Source: Dimorphilus gyrociliatus
Lineage: Eukaryota; Animalia; Annelida
Assembly (NCBI GenBank): GCA_904063045.1
Contig: CAJFCJ010000046.1
Location: 40,692 to 104,691, forward strand
DNA: 64,000 nucleotides
Reading direction: 5' to 3'
Below are positions 50,727 through 61,685 of this stretch, one piece after another. Under the pieces are notes generated by a model. The model did no database searches. It saw nothing but the letters and a program-made list of their open reading frames with translations, and had not been told where the DNA came from. Both the position numbers and the translations under genes were made by a program. Positions within the stretch are counted from its first letter, which is position 1. Each line of letters starts with the position of its first letter.

Positions 50727-52440
50727 ATGGCTTCACTTTGTCCAAATTGTGACATTCGATTTTATGGCAGACAAAAGAAGATAAAATGTGTTGAATGTCA
50801 AAAATTTTGTAATAATTTTATAGAGGACTCATTTGAAATGAATGAGGAAGAAAAAGCAGATCCAAATGAAAAATTCACACTTCTCTTTGAAGGAAGCCAG
50901 AGAGGGAAGGATATTCTATCACGTGATGGATTTGCTTTCAATATAAAGAAATGAAGTGAGTATATGATAATTTGGAGAAATAAAAAAAATTTGTCTTGCA
51001 ACAATCAAAGAAAGAGGAAATATATTTGCCTCAAGTCATATACATCATAACCATGAAAAAAAGGAAGAATTTAATATCAAGTATAAAGGCAAGGAGAGAA
51101 CTAAGAAGTATTTGTACTAATGGGATATGACAGAAAATGTCCACAAATCAATGCTTTTGCCCTAATCCTAACCCAGCCCTTAGCTGTACCTAACCTTTTC
51201 CATTACCCCTAACCCTCAGAGGAGACCCTCCTAACTACAAATCAGTTGCTGTTTTCTTTCACCTAACCATTTCTCAATCCAAATTTTTGTCTTGAAATTT
51301 CTCATTTTTTTGTGGACATTTTCTGTCAACCCCGTACTAATGATGTCAGGTCATCAGGCAGAAAAATTGCTGAAGATATTTTATAAAAATGTTCAGCTTA
51401 GGAGAATAGTTTGCCAAATATGGAAAATTTGAGAAAATTAGCTAATATCACCAGACAGAAGAAAAGACCTATAACATCAAATGATCCTTTTTTTGAAATA
51501 AATATTGATTTTCTTCATGACAATTTACTGCAAAACGATGTTTCATTTGGAAATCAGAGAATAATCATATTTGCTTTCAAGCAACAGTGAAACCTTTTAT
51601 CCAAAAGCAAAGTTTGGTATCTGGATGGTACATTTAAGGTTGTCAAAGAACCATTTGTTCAACTTTTCTCCATCCATTCTTTTATTAAAAAAGATGAAGA
51701 AACAAAGCAGATTCCTTTTGGCATTTATTTTCATGACATCAAAGAAGAAGAAAGCATATAAACAAACATTAAGGGTAAGTTAATAAACATTTCATCTAAC
51801 CTCTAAATTTCATGATATTCTTTAGGAAATTCAAACAATTACAAATTATTCCAAACCAAAAAAGCTCTTTTGCTGATTATGAGTTAGGATTATGGACCAC
51901 TTTATTTTGTGTTTATCCGAATGTACCAATTCAAGAATGTGTTTTCCATTGGACACAAGCAGTTTTCAGAAAAATCCAAGTAATATATTATATTACATAG
52001 TTTTATTATATAATCATTTCATGTTTTTAGAATTTGGGATATGCAACTGACTATAAAACTAAGCTGGCCTCTAAAAATATGATGTGAAATTTATTGGCAC
52101 TTCCTTTTCTTCCTTCTCAAGTAATACCCCATATTTTTTCATCTTTACCACTTCTACCATCAAAAATCATTAAAGTTCATTCAAGAACTTGGAACAGACA
52201 ACTTCAACACGATTAGGACCATTTATTGATTACAAGAACCAGTGGTTATATTGATATTATCCACCGCATGCCTGGTCAATATATGGTAAAGCAATCAGAA
52301 CCAACAATGATCTGGAAGGATGGCGTAATAGGTTAAACAGGAATAATCATGCAAATTCTTCATTGTATGTGATCTTTGATGAATAAAAGAGAGAAGCAGA
52401 GTTCAAGAAAGAAATTATCAAGTAAGAAAAAAGATATGTA
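50727..52440 (+). mobile_element. Decayed PHD-FLYWCH-MULE transposase gene with a MITE insertion
   Basis: CPNC..CVEC, GSQRGKDIL, YLDGTFKVVKEPFVQLFSIH, ADYELGLW..CVFHWTQAVFRKIQ, RTNNDLEGW; many stops. Confidence 0.8.
51123..51333 (-). mobile_element. Mutator-type MITE with CCCTAA motifs (subfamily B)
   Basis: Perfect TSD GTACTAATG (51114-51122, 51334-51342). TIR core TGACAGAAAATGTCCACAAA at both ends. Confidence 0.92.
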
Positions 52441-52454
52441 GACAGCTAAGGAAA

Positions 52455-53444
52455 GGGACCCAGACAGAAAGTCCCCTGACAAAAATCTCCTGGACAGATT
52501 GTCTCTTGAGCTAGAAAAGTGAAATAATTTCTTTATTGTACTAAATAATGTTTTATTGAATTGCTAATTAAATATTAATATAAAAAGTGTTTCAAACTAT
52601 TTTAAATATACCTAAAATTAGAATTATTTGATTTAAAGAAAAAAGTACTAGTTTACAGGAAGTCTTGTCCACTTCCTGTTTTTAATTCCTGGTAGCCATC
52701 TTTTTTTACTACAATTATTATTCTTGGTGCTGTAACCATTGTTTCTGCTTTAAAACAGGGTGATTTTGGTATAGATATTTCATCAAAGACTTTCATACTC
52801 CCAAGGTATTTATTTAAAAAAAGTAAGTTATTTTCTTAATGTTTTTTTGGCCATTGTGTTATGTCAACTTTCTAATTTTTCATCAGGTGATGGCTCCCTA
52901 CTGTCAAATGTGTACATATAGAATATTTGGAAGAAAATTCACAAGGAAATGCTCACTCTGCTCTCATCAGTTTAACTTTCATAAAAAATGCATTTCAAGT
53001 CATATTCAAATTTATTATTTTATCATTTTTATTTATTTCTATGTATTTGCAGTGTCTGATGTATATTTATGTTCCACCTGCACTGATATCTCCAAAAAGA
53101 AATGCTTTGTCTCATTAAATAGCAGTACCTGTTCCAGACCTACATTTGTTCAAGATAACTCTTTTACTGGAGATAAAAATGGAAATTGTAGGGAATGAAC
53201 AAGAATTATCTGATCAGAGGAATAATGGAAACCATTCAACACATGTCTCTCAAGATGATTTAATAGAAAACTCTTTTGATAACTCAAATATTCAAGAAAT
53301 AGATGAAATAGACCCTGCATTCACAATATTGGAAGGAATGAGTCAAAAAGGAAAATTTCTCCTTTTGCATGAAGGATACAGTTATACTGTAAAGGAAAAC
53401 GTTTTGGGGGACGTTTTGTCCAGGGGACGCTTTGTCCAGCATTC
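52455..53444 (+). mobile_element. MULE deletion derivative with a two-exon PHD, acidic linker and FLYWCH start
   Basis: MAPYCQMC..CSLC..HKKC | ..CSTC; FTILEGMSQKGK. GGGGACGTTTTGTCC repeats at the right end, imperfect inverted copies at the left end. Confidence 0.7.
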
Positions 53445-54387
53445 ATTGGAACTTGTTTCATTTCCACTTTTATTGTGATAAATCCAAAAAAGGAGAAAAG
53501 TTAGTAAAGGGGTCTTTTATACATTTTAAATGTGCCATTCATAAGCCATATTTTACCTTCAGATAATAAGTCAATTTTTCTGTCAATTGTTTTTCTTTGC
53601 CCAAATCAACTTTGAGAAAAATCTTTTTTTTAAACCCAAACAATAATTTTTTAAAGTTTCCTTTCAGCTTGAAAATAGTCTTTGTCAAGGAATAGAAGAC
53701 CTAAGAAGACTGTAGAATTTGTCATCTCAATTATAGTATTGTTATAACTTTTTGCAATGTATTATTAAAGTTTACACACTCAACCTAACCAAAAAGGGTT
53801 GGAAAGGGTCAAGTATCAATTTTGTTGATAAGGATCTATGTGAAATAAGGAAGCAACTGCTGTAATTAATTTTGGTTTTATCTATTTGTTAGAAACATAG
53901 GCTTTGATATGTAAAATGAAAGGATTAATTTCTAGAAATAAAAGTGTTTTTGTGTGATGTTCAAGTTAATAAATCACTTGTGGATAGATAAAAATTACTT
54001 AATGTATTAACATAAACAGTATACTGGTTCCACTTGAATTAGTAAACAAATAAATTGAGAATTCTTTTTAATATAAACATGATTTCTTTATTAATTGAGT
54101 AATTGATTTTGTCAGACAGCTATAGTATTAATTTTTTGAACAAAGAGAGCTATGATAAATTAATTGTTGTTTAAAGAAAATTTTTAATTTTGTACAACTA
54201 TAGGCCAAATAGGCCTAATTTATAAATGTCAAATCAGAATTATGCATCAAATAGTCTTTTTTTTATTGTCCTCTCTAATTCAAAATTAAAGAAACAATAA
54301 ATAAGAATAGAATTTCAAATACAAAAAAATAATGTAAATTTAAATGTGTAGATAAACACATCAGCAAATATTCAAATATTGAAGATA

Positions 54388-56532
54388 ATGATTTGGTGTT
54401 ATTTAATATTATATTTAAAATTTTGCATAATTACACTTATAAATGGATCAAAATTAACTGGTATCAATTGAAATCTTTTATCTCTTTTAAAAGTAAATTC
54501 TTTTTTCATTTTAAACAGATGGAAAACTTATAAACATAGCAAACGAAATGGATTACTCCGCTAAATGCACTACATCGAATGAGTACAGCGCGTTCTTTAA
54601 TTGTGAAAATGTATTTTATCCTGTTTGGGAAAATATCAATCAATGGGCCACATCTTGCAGCTATCCAAATTGCATTAATCATTGGATTGAAATTACCTTT
54701 AGCAGACCATATGATATTGTTGATATATGCGTATATCAAAGACCTTTTTCGAAATTGATAACACTTTCCTCAATAGACATAACACTTGGAAGTTCAGATC
54801 AAATGAATATTCGTTTGAATTTGTATGAAACTTGTTTTCTCTTACTGTTTACAGTTGGATTTGGTGCTTCTAAAGCTAAATTTGTAACTTCTGGTCCTAC
54901 TGCACAATCAATAAATGTTGGATTTCAATCAGTACTTATATACAGTTATGATGGTAAAGAATTAGTATTGAATTTTATCATGTTAATCGACTTTTTTCAC
55001 TTATACAGATGAAGCAACCATTGAAAGTATACATTATATAAATATAGCTAATATGGAACATGGAGCCATTTGCTCTTCATCAAGTGGCACTGATTGTTTA
55101 GAGACAATTCATAATGAGTATCATACCCAATGGAATATGGAATGTCCCCTAATAAGTTCAACAGAGAAGTGTCAAGGACAATTTATAAATGTAACATTTT
55201 CTTTTCCTGCTAAGCCAAATCTACTTTGCCTAGCCAATGGGTACTTTGCAATAATTTTTTATTTTATGACAATAAACTTAGCATTTCGTTTGTCATTTCG
55301 ATAGTCATGCAGTACTGACTCATATAAAAACATTAAGAGCTGTTTGGAGTTCTGGTTATAATCAAGTACTTCAACTTTTATCCTCTGCTGAGAGAAAATG
55401 TTATGACTATGATGGAGATTTTGATATTGAATATTGGATTCAATTGGTAATTATAGATGGCTATTCCACTGCAAATAATGCTCTGAGAACAATAGAAGTT
55501 TTTGCAAAAGGTAGTTTATTCAATATTCTGTTCTTCTCTCCCTCCTCTTTCTTAACCATCTTTCTTTCCCCAACTAGAGGATAATCAGAAAATTTATAGT
55601 ATTCAACATCGTTCGTTTGTTGTTTATCACTTGCCAAGATATTTATGGAAGAATTTCACAACACTTAGCTTCCAGGTCAAAGGTCAAATTGTTAATCAAG
55701 ATACTGATTGTTCCTCCCTAATTTTGCGTTTTCGAAATGTTAATAAAACTTATTTTTTAGTGAGGTTAGATTTTAATGAAAATTCTGTAGAAAAATCATT
55801 TTTAAAGATATTCAGAACAACAATATATTTCCACTGGTTTAATAATTCACAGTCATTAATTGATTGTCATAAATGGAATTATTATTGGTTAGAATTCTCT
55901 CTTGGCCAAATAAAATTTGGTTATGGAAAACCAAGTGCAATGTCACTATCCTATTTTTCAGTTCAACAGGATTTGTTTGTGGATGTAGAAGAAATTATTA
56001 TAAGAAATTTACATGATGGTTTAATAAATAATTTAAAAATAAATCATCAAGGTTTGTTGATCAATTGCTCGATTGGTTTCCTTTTTCTAATTCTATTCAT
56101 ATTTTAGATGGTAGAAGAATTATATTTTTTAATTCTACTCATCATCAATTTTGTGCTGTCTACAATTTTTTTAATGAATTTATCTATGCTTGCATTCCTT
56201 TACAATCAAAATTATCATATTTTCAATTCAAATTAGAGATTGATGATCAATTAAAGATAACTCTTATCAATCCTGTTGTCATTATTGATAAACAATTGTC
56301 AATAAATGAAGATGTAGTTGGAAGATGGCAATATTCCTTAGAAAATAGACAATTTAATCAGTTTTATAAGCTTTGTTCTCTAGATTTGCACATTCAGATC
56401 TCCAAGAATATCACTTTCATTTGTAAGGGAATTAACATTGAAATAAAGTATATTATTTCAGATATAATAACTAAAAGAAAATGGAATTTCACCGACAAAT
56501 TGTCATGTACGTTATACTCTTCAGAATTGTAA
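54388..56532 (+). CDS. Secreted F5/8-like x2 plus farnesoic-acid O-methyltransferase-like domain protein
   Basis: Signal peptide MIWCYLILYLKFC... Five short GT-AG introns give one continuous frame. SFQVKG..LIDCHKWNYYWLEF..IKFG resembles Methyltransf_FA. Confidence 0.75.
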
Positions 56533-57494
56533 AGAAGAGAGAGGACAGTCAAAAATGAAAAATTGAATCTTGAACTTTTAAAATATTCAATTTTCAATTA
56601 TAATTTTTAATACATATATTTTTACAAGAGATAGGAAATTCTTGATAAATAGTTGTGTTCTATCATTAATACGTACAAGCTGTGTTCAAAGTTCTTGATT
56701 TAACAAAATTTGCCAAAGTTTAACAGTTGAAGATTTTGGTTTTGAATGTAAATCTTGAAACTAAATACAGTCTTATTAAATGTCTCTGGCAGGGATGTTA
56801 AAGAGGGAAAAAAAGGAATTATTTAAAATGATATCAAAGAGAAATCTGCTGATGATATTAAATCATCTGGAAAAAGAATAGCTGTGTAAATTCTTTTGAA
56901 ACAATCTCATGGAAAATGTCATTGGCACAATTGCAAAGAAGTAGTGATAAAGAATTTACTGATCAATAGATTTAAAATCTCTCTGTAGAAAAACAGAAAT
57001 GAAAATTTTACGTTAAGAAAAGCATAAGATTGATCAAAGAAAACCATAAAAAGGTTGAGGATATCATCTGGACCTAATGTTCAAGTAAATTTAGTATAAA
57101 GCTTTGAATGCACTTTGTCAATTTAGCAAAATTTCATTGTTTTTATTATTGCAGCCAAAAACACCAGATGTCACTAGTAGTTAGATATTTCTAAATAATA
57201 AATATTTTGTTTTTCTTTTGATATTACTCAAAAGCTTTTACTTTACTATTTAATTATTAATTGTAAATTTAATCTAAACAGATGAATTTGTATTTTTCTA
57301 TCATAAAATATAAATGAATATTTGACCCATAAAACTGTATAGAAAAATTATATAAATATAGACAAACTCTTTCATGGACTTGTTTGGGTTTTTGTTGTTG
57401 TTGGAAAGATATTTTATCAGTAAAATATGAGTATAGTTCAGAGAATTGTACTAGTTTTTTCATGATTAATTAAGATATATTCAAATTACAAAAG

Positions 57495-57900
57495 TTTGGT
57501 GTGACAGCTTTAACTTGTATAGATATTGTATATTCAATAAATTTTGCTTGCTTCTTTCTTCATCATAAACAAGAGACAAAATTAGTGTTATATATTCCCA
57601 TATTAAGAGCAATCAGGAAACATAGAAGAGCAATTTCTCATGTATTGCCAGCTTTTTATTCTGGAACAGAAGGAAGGAGATTCGAACTTTAACCTTATTG
57701 TTAATGTTCAACTGTTTTCTATGAGTTTGTGCCAGCTACAATCACAATTATAACTTATCATAGATGGGAAAATATATATTCCTTATCAGAGTAAGAATTT
57801 GAATTAATTGTTGATTTTCAAATTCAACAATAAATCCTCTTGTTCATGGGTTATACAAAATCATCTATAAGACTTCAAACCAAGTCTTGATCCCAACTCT
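57495..57900 (+). pseudogene. Internally deleted tandem duplicate of the 58142 GPCR
   Basis: Matches TM2 (FGVTALTCIDIVYS), then jumps to LYIPILRAIRKHRRAIS; INPLVHG region frameshifted. Confidence 0.75.
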
Positions 57901-58141
57901 GAAAACCTTATTTTCCAACTCAATATTTGCCTATCTACAATTTTTTGGTCTGTATTTTAGCAATACCTTTTTACTCCATCTCCATAAAACATAATATTCC
58001 ATAATGCTGTAGTTAATTATAATACAGTCATTTGTTAACTCAATAATTCATAGTCTTCTAATGCATCATTCAACATTTGATACGTTTAATTTTCATCTAG
58101 AGTTGCATTAGAAGAAGGAAATATATTTGCAGTGTAGAAAT

Positions 58142-59065
58142 ATGGTCTATTCAAACATTTACATCTTCAGTTTTGCAGTTTTTAATCAAGTTATTGGATT
58201 TCTTTTGAATAGTAATTTAATCCTTATCTCTTTTCTTAATAAAAATCTTTGGAAATTACATAATTTTGGTGTGACAGTATTGACATTCACAGATGTTTTC
58301 TACTCATTAAGTGTATTGCTCTTGATTTTGCTTTATAAGGAACAATTAAAATATTACCATTGTCTTATTGCAGTTCAATTTATATTTATGATAATTACAG
58401 TATCATCTTTAACCTTGACCTTAATTACATTTGAAAAGTTTGTGGCAGTTGTAAAACCATTAACATTCTATAAAAATTGGACAATGAAGAGAGCTTTTTT
58501 CTCACTTTTCTGTATATGGTCAATTAGCTTTGTCATTTGCTCATTACCTTTTATGGGTTGGAACAAATACAAGGCCATTTTGAAGGTCAATAATACTTTT
58601 CAATGTAACGCTTTCAGTGTTGTCTCTTCTTCTTATCTTTATTTATGGCTATTTACTACTGTTTTACCAAATTCAATTACCAGTTTACTATTATACATTC
58701 CCATTCTAAGAGCTGTACAGAGGCACAGACAAGTAATTTCTGATCAATCAAATAATGTTAATAATATAAATTCTGAAGGGAGTAGTATTGGAACTTTAAC
58801 CTGTCTCTTGGCAATTAACTGTTTCTCTTGTATTCTACCAGCAGTCTTTGTTGTTGCTAACAATAAGAGACTGACAGAAAATTATGGTTTATCAGAGGCT
58901 AATTATGATTTAATGGTTGATATTGCAACAGCAATTGGTGCTTTAAATCCAACAATACATCCACTTGTTCATGGTTATACTAAATCATCAGTAAGACTTG
59001 ACACAAAGAAATTTTACCTAAAAATACTTAGAAAGATTACTTGTAAACAAACATTCAGAAAATAA
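58142..59065 (+). CDS. Orphan single-exon rhodopsin-like GPCR
   Basis: Seven hydrophobic segments; TFEKFVAV at the DRY position, LPFMGWN, ECL2 Cys, HPLVHGY in TM7. Confidence 0.85.
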   Translation: MVYSNIYIFSFAVFNQVIGFLLNSNLILISFLNKNLWKLHNFGVTVLTFTDVFYSLSVLLLILLYKEQLKYYHCLIAVQFIFMIITVSSLTLTLITFEKFVAVVKPLTFYKNWTMKRAFFSLFCIWSISFVICSLPFMGWNKYKAILKVNNTFQCNAFSVVSSSYLYLWLFTTVLPNSITSLLLYIPILRAVQRHRQVISDQSNNVNNINSEGSSIGTLTCLLAINCFSCILPAVFVVANNKRLTENYGLSEANYDLMVDIATAIGALNPTIHPLVHGYTKSSVRLDTKKFYLKILRKITCKQTFRK

Positions 59066-59405
59066 ACAAACACAATTTATTATTTATGCTCAGCTATCAT
59101 TCTTTTAAGAAATTCAAATAAATTTTCACAATAGTTAGCTGTTTTTTTTGTGAGAGAAAATGAAAATGCAATTATTAGAAATATGTCACAGGTTATAATT
59201 ATATAATTAATATAATAACAGGAATTAAATATTCCAGAACTTGTTGTTCTGTTGCCAAACTTTGATGGAACTATCATTTATAGCTTCTACAAAATCAGAT
59301 TGTGAGAGAGAAAGTTATTCATTCAAAATCTTAAAGGGAATGAACTAGAAAGGAAAAGATTTGCTACTTATTTAATTTAGCATTTGAGCTCCAGATCTAA
59401 CTGAC

Positions 59406-59594
59406 ATGTTTATTTTCAGAAATTATGATTTTGTAAGATTTACAAAGCAGAAAAAAGTTGAATATAAAATCATGAAGAAATTAATGACATTACCATTCGT
59501 GCCCTCTGATCTGATAGAACCAACATTTAAGACTCTTAAAGAAATATATCCAATTGAAATGAAGTCTCTATTTAAAGAAGTGGGTTTAATATGA
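59406..59594 (+). mobile_element. MULE transposase fragment
   Basis: MKKLMTLPFVPSDLIEPTF motif. Confidence 0.6.
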
Positions 59595-59639
59595 TTTGTG
59601 GAGAACTTGAAGCCTCATGCAATACTTTGAAATCAATTA

Positions 59640-60910
59640 CTGTTGTTTAGGATAATTTGAATGATAGAGAAGAGCAATGATGCTTGAATATACATTTCAA
59701 ATCTGTTCATCATTAAATTTTATTAAATTATCTTGGAATAAGAATATGAGAGATGGCTTTAAAAATATTTGTGATGGACTCAAAAACCTTCTCTTATACT
59801 TTAAAATCAATCAATGTAGCTTCATGTGAGTTAAATGCTGATCAAGCTAAGATGTGAGGTGAATTATGAAAAAAGCTGTTCATCATTAAAAGATATTGGG
59901 TTATCTGGTAATGAGAAAATGGGATATGTATTTAGAAATATTTGTGAAGGACTGAAAGCCTGCTCCAACACTTTGAAATCAATAAATGTAGATTAGTGTA
60001 AGTTGAATATTAAGCCAGCCATGATGTTAGGGAAAATCAATTCAGAAATGTTAATGGAAAACATTTGTTTAACTGGTAATGAGAATGTTGGTGAAATATT
60101 TTAATTTATTTGTGAGGATTGCAATGTCTCCTCCAGGATTATTAAAACAATTGCAAATTGGTGTAATTTAAGTGCTGAACAGGCAATGATGTTGGAGAAA
60201 ACATTTAAAAACTGTTCAGCATTAGAAAACATTTGGTTATATAATAATGAGAATATGGAAGATGGATTCAAGTTTGTTTGTAAGGGACTCAATACATCTT
60301 CCAATACCTTAAAATCAATTGATATAAGTTGCTGTAACTTGAATGCTGAACAAGCAGAGATGCTTTGTCAAACATTACATAAGTCATCATTTTTAGAAGA
60401 TATTAATTTATCTTACAATGATAGCATGGGAAATGGATTGAAAGTGATTTGTGATAGACTCCAGTTCTCATTCAATACATTGAAATTAATTTATGTATCT
60501 TGCTGTAATTTGAATGTTCAACATGCAATGATACTGGGGCAAACATTTAAAAACTCTTTTTCAAACATTGAACACATTAAGCTAAATGACAATATAGATA
60601 TTGGAGATAAATTTAAAATGGATGTGGTAGAAAATGGCCATAAATGTATGGTTTTACCCTAACCCTAACCCAGCCCTTGTTTTTGCCTAACCTTTTTGAA
60701 TACCCCTAACCCTTAGATGGGACCCTCCTAAGAACATATCAACAGTTATCTTATTCCTCCTAACCATTTCCCAGGCTGAAATCTAACTTTCAAATATTTC
60801 ATTTATGGTTGTTTTCGACTGGTCCCATTTAAAATGATTCGTGAAGGACTCCACATCTCCTTCGATACTTTACAATTAATTCATATAGCTAGGTGCATGT
60901 TAAGCACTAA
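59640..60910 (+). pseudogene. RNI-like LRR pseudogene interrupted by a MITE
   Basis: Repeated GFK.IC.GL..SS.TLKSI....C.LN.EQA units, with several stops before 60186 and an open stretch 60186-60619. Confidence 0.85.
60620..60826 (-). mobile_element. Mutator-type MITE with CCCTAA motifs (subfamily A), young copy
   Basis: Perfect TSD ATTTAAAAT (60611-60619, 60827-60835). Nearly identical to the reverse complement of 30949-31162. Confidence 0.92.
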
Positions 60911-61414
60911 AACAAGCAATAATTTTAGAACAAATATGTAGGGGTTGTAAACAGACAATAATTTGTGACTTTTCATTTCTTCAATATAATGAAAACATTT
61001 TTATACTAAGCAACTAAAGATGATTATGTATTTAGTTAATTATAATATTGTATATACAGATGAAAAATTGTTATTGATATTACCTAAGATATTTTTGTCT
61101 CATCAAAATGCAAATGGAAATCTTATTTCTCCAAGTTACAAAGTTTCTAAGAAAAGCAATAAATGTAAAGCATTTTTTTGAATGTGTCTAGTGAGAAATC
61201 TGTTTAATTTGAATAATTTTCTAAAAAATCAGGACAAAAAGAATTTTTTAGGTATAATTTGAAATTAATTAACTAGAATATTTTTTATTAAAAAGGTGTT
61301 TGTACTTTCCTGCTGGTGGTTGTAGGTAAGTACTGGTCCAAATAGAATTGAATTAAGAGTAAGGCACTTAGAAGAAAGATGTAGACTCGAGGGAGGATCA
61401 ATATAGAACCAAAT

Positions 61415-61685
61415 TGTAAGAATAATATAACTGTATATTCTTAAGTAATATTAGACCTGTTCACTAAGAGGGTTCATTCAGCACTGAATGCCTGTTACTA
61501 CTTATGCCCTGCTTTTATACAATTCCTTATCAGTTGTTTATGCCTTAGCTTTTGCTAACAACAAGGGTCTAACCCCAGATAAGGATTGTTCACAACAAAC
61601 AGGGTCAGGGGTTATCATGTTATGCAGTAGTGATGTAAACAACAAAAACTTTGTGTAGTTGAACCATCAAGGGTCATTTGTTACA
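61415..61685 (-). mobile_element. Candidate LTR of a Gypsy-like element
   Basis: TGTAA...TTACA ends, TATAAAAG on the minus strand at ~61515, and TGG three bases after the CA end (PBS-like). No TSD or second LTR. Confidence 0.4.

Noticed and set aside
2461-60680. TTAGGG runs as a true telomere or chromosome-fusion scar
   Set aside because: Never more than 2-3 tandem units, and the clear cases sit inside TSD-bounded MITEs.
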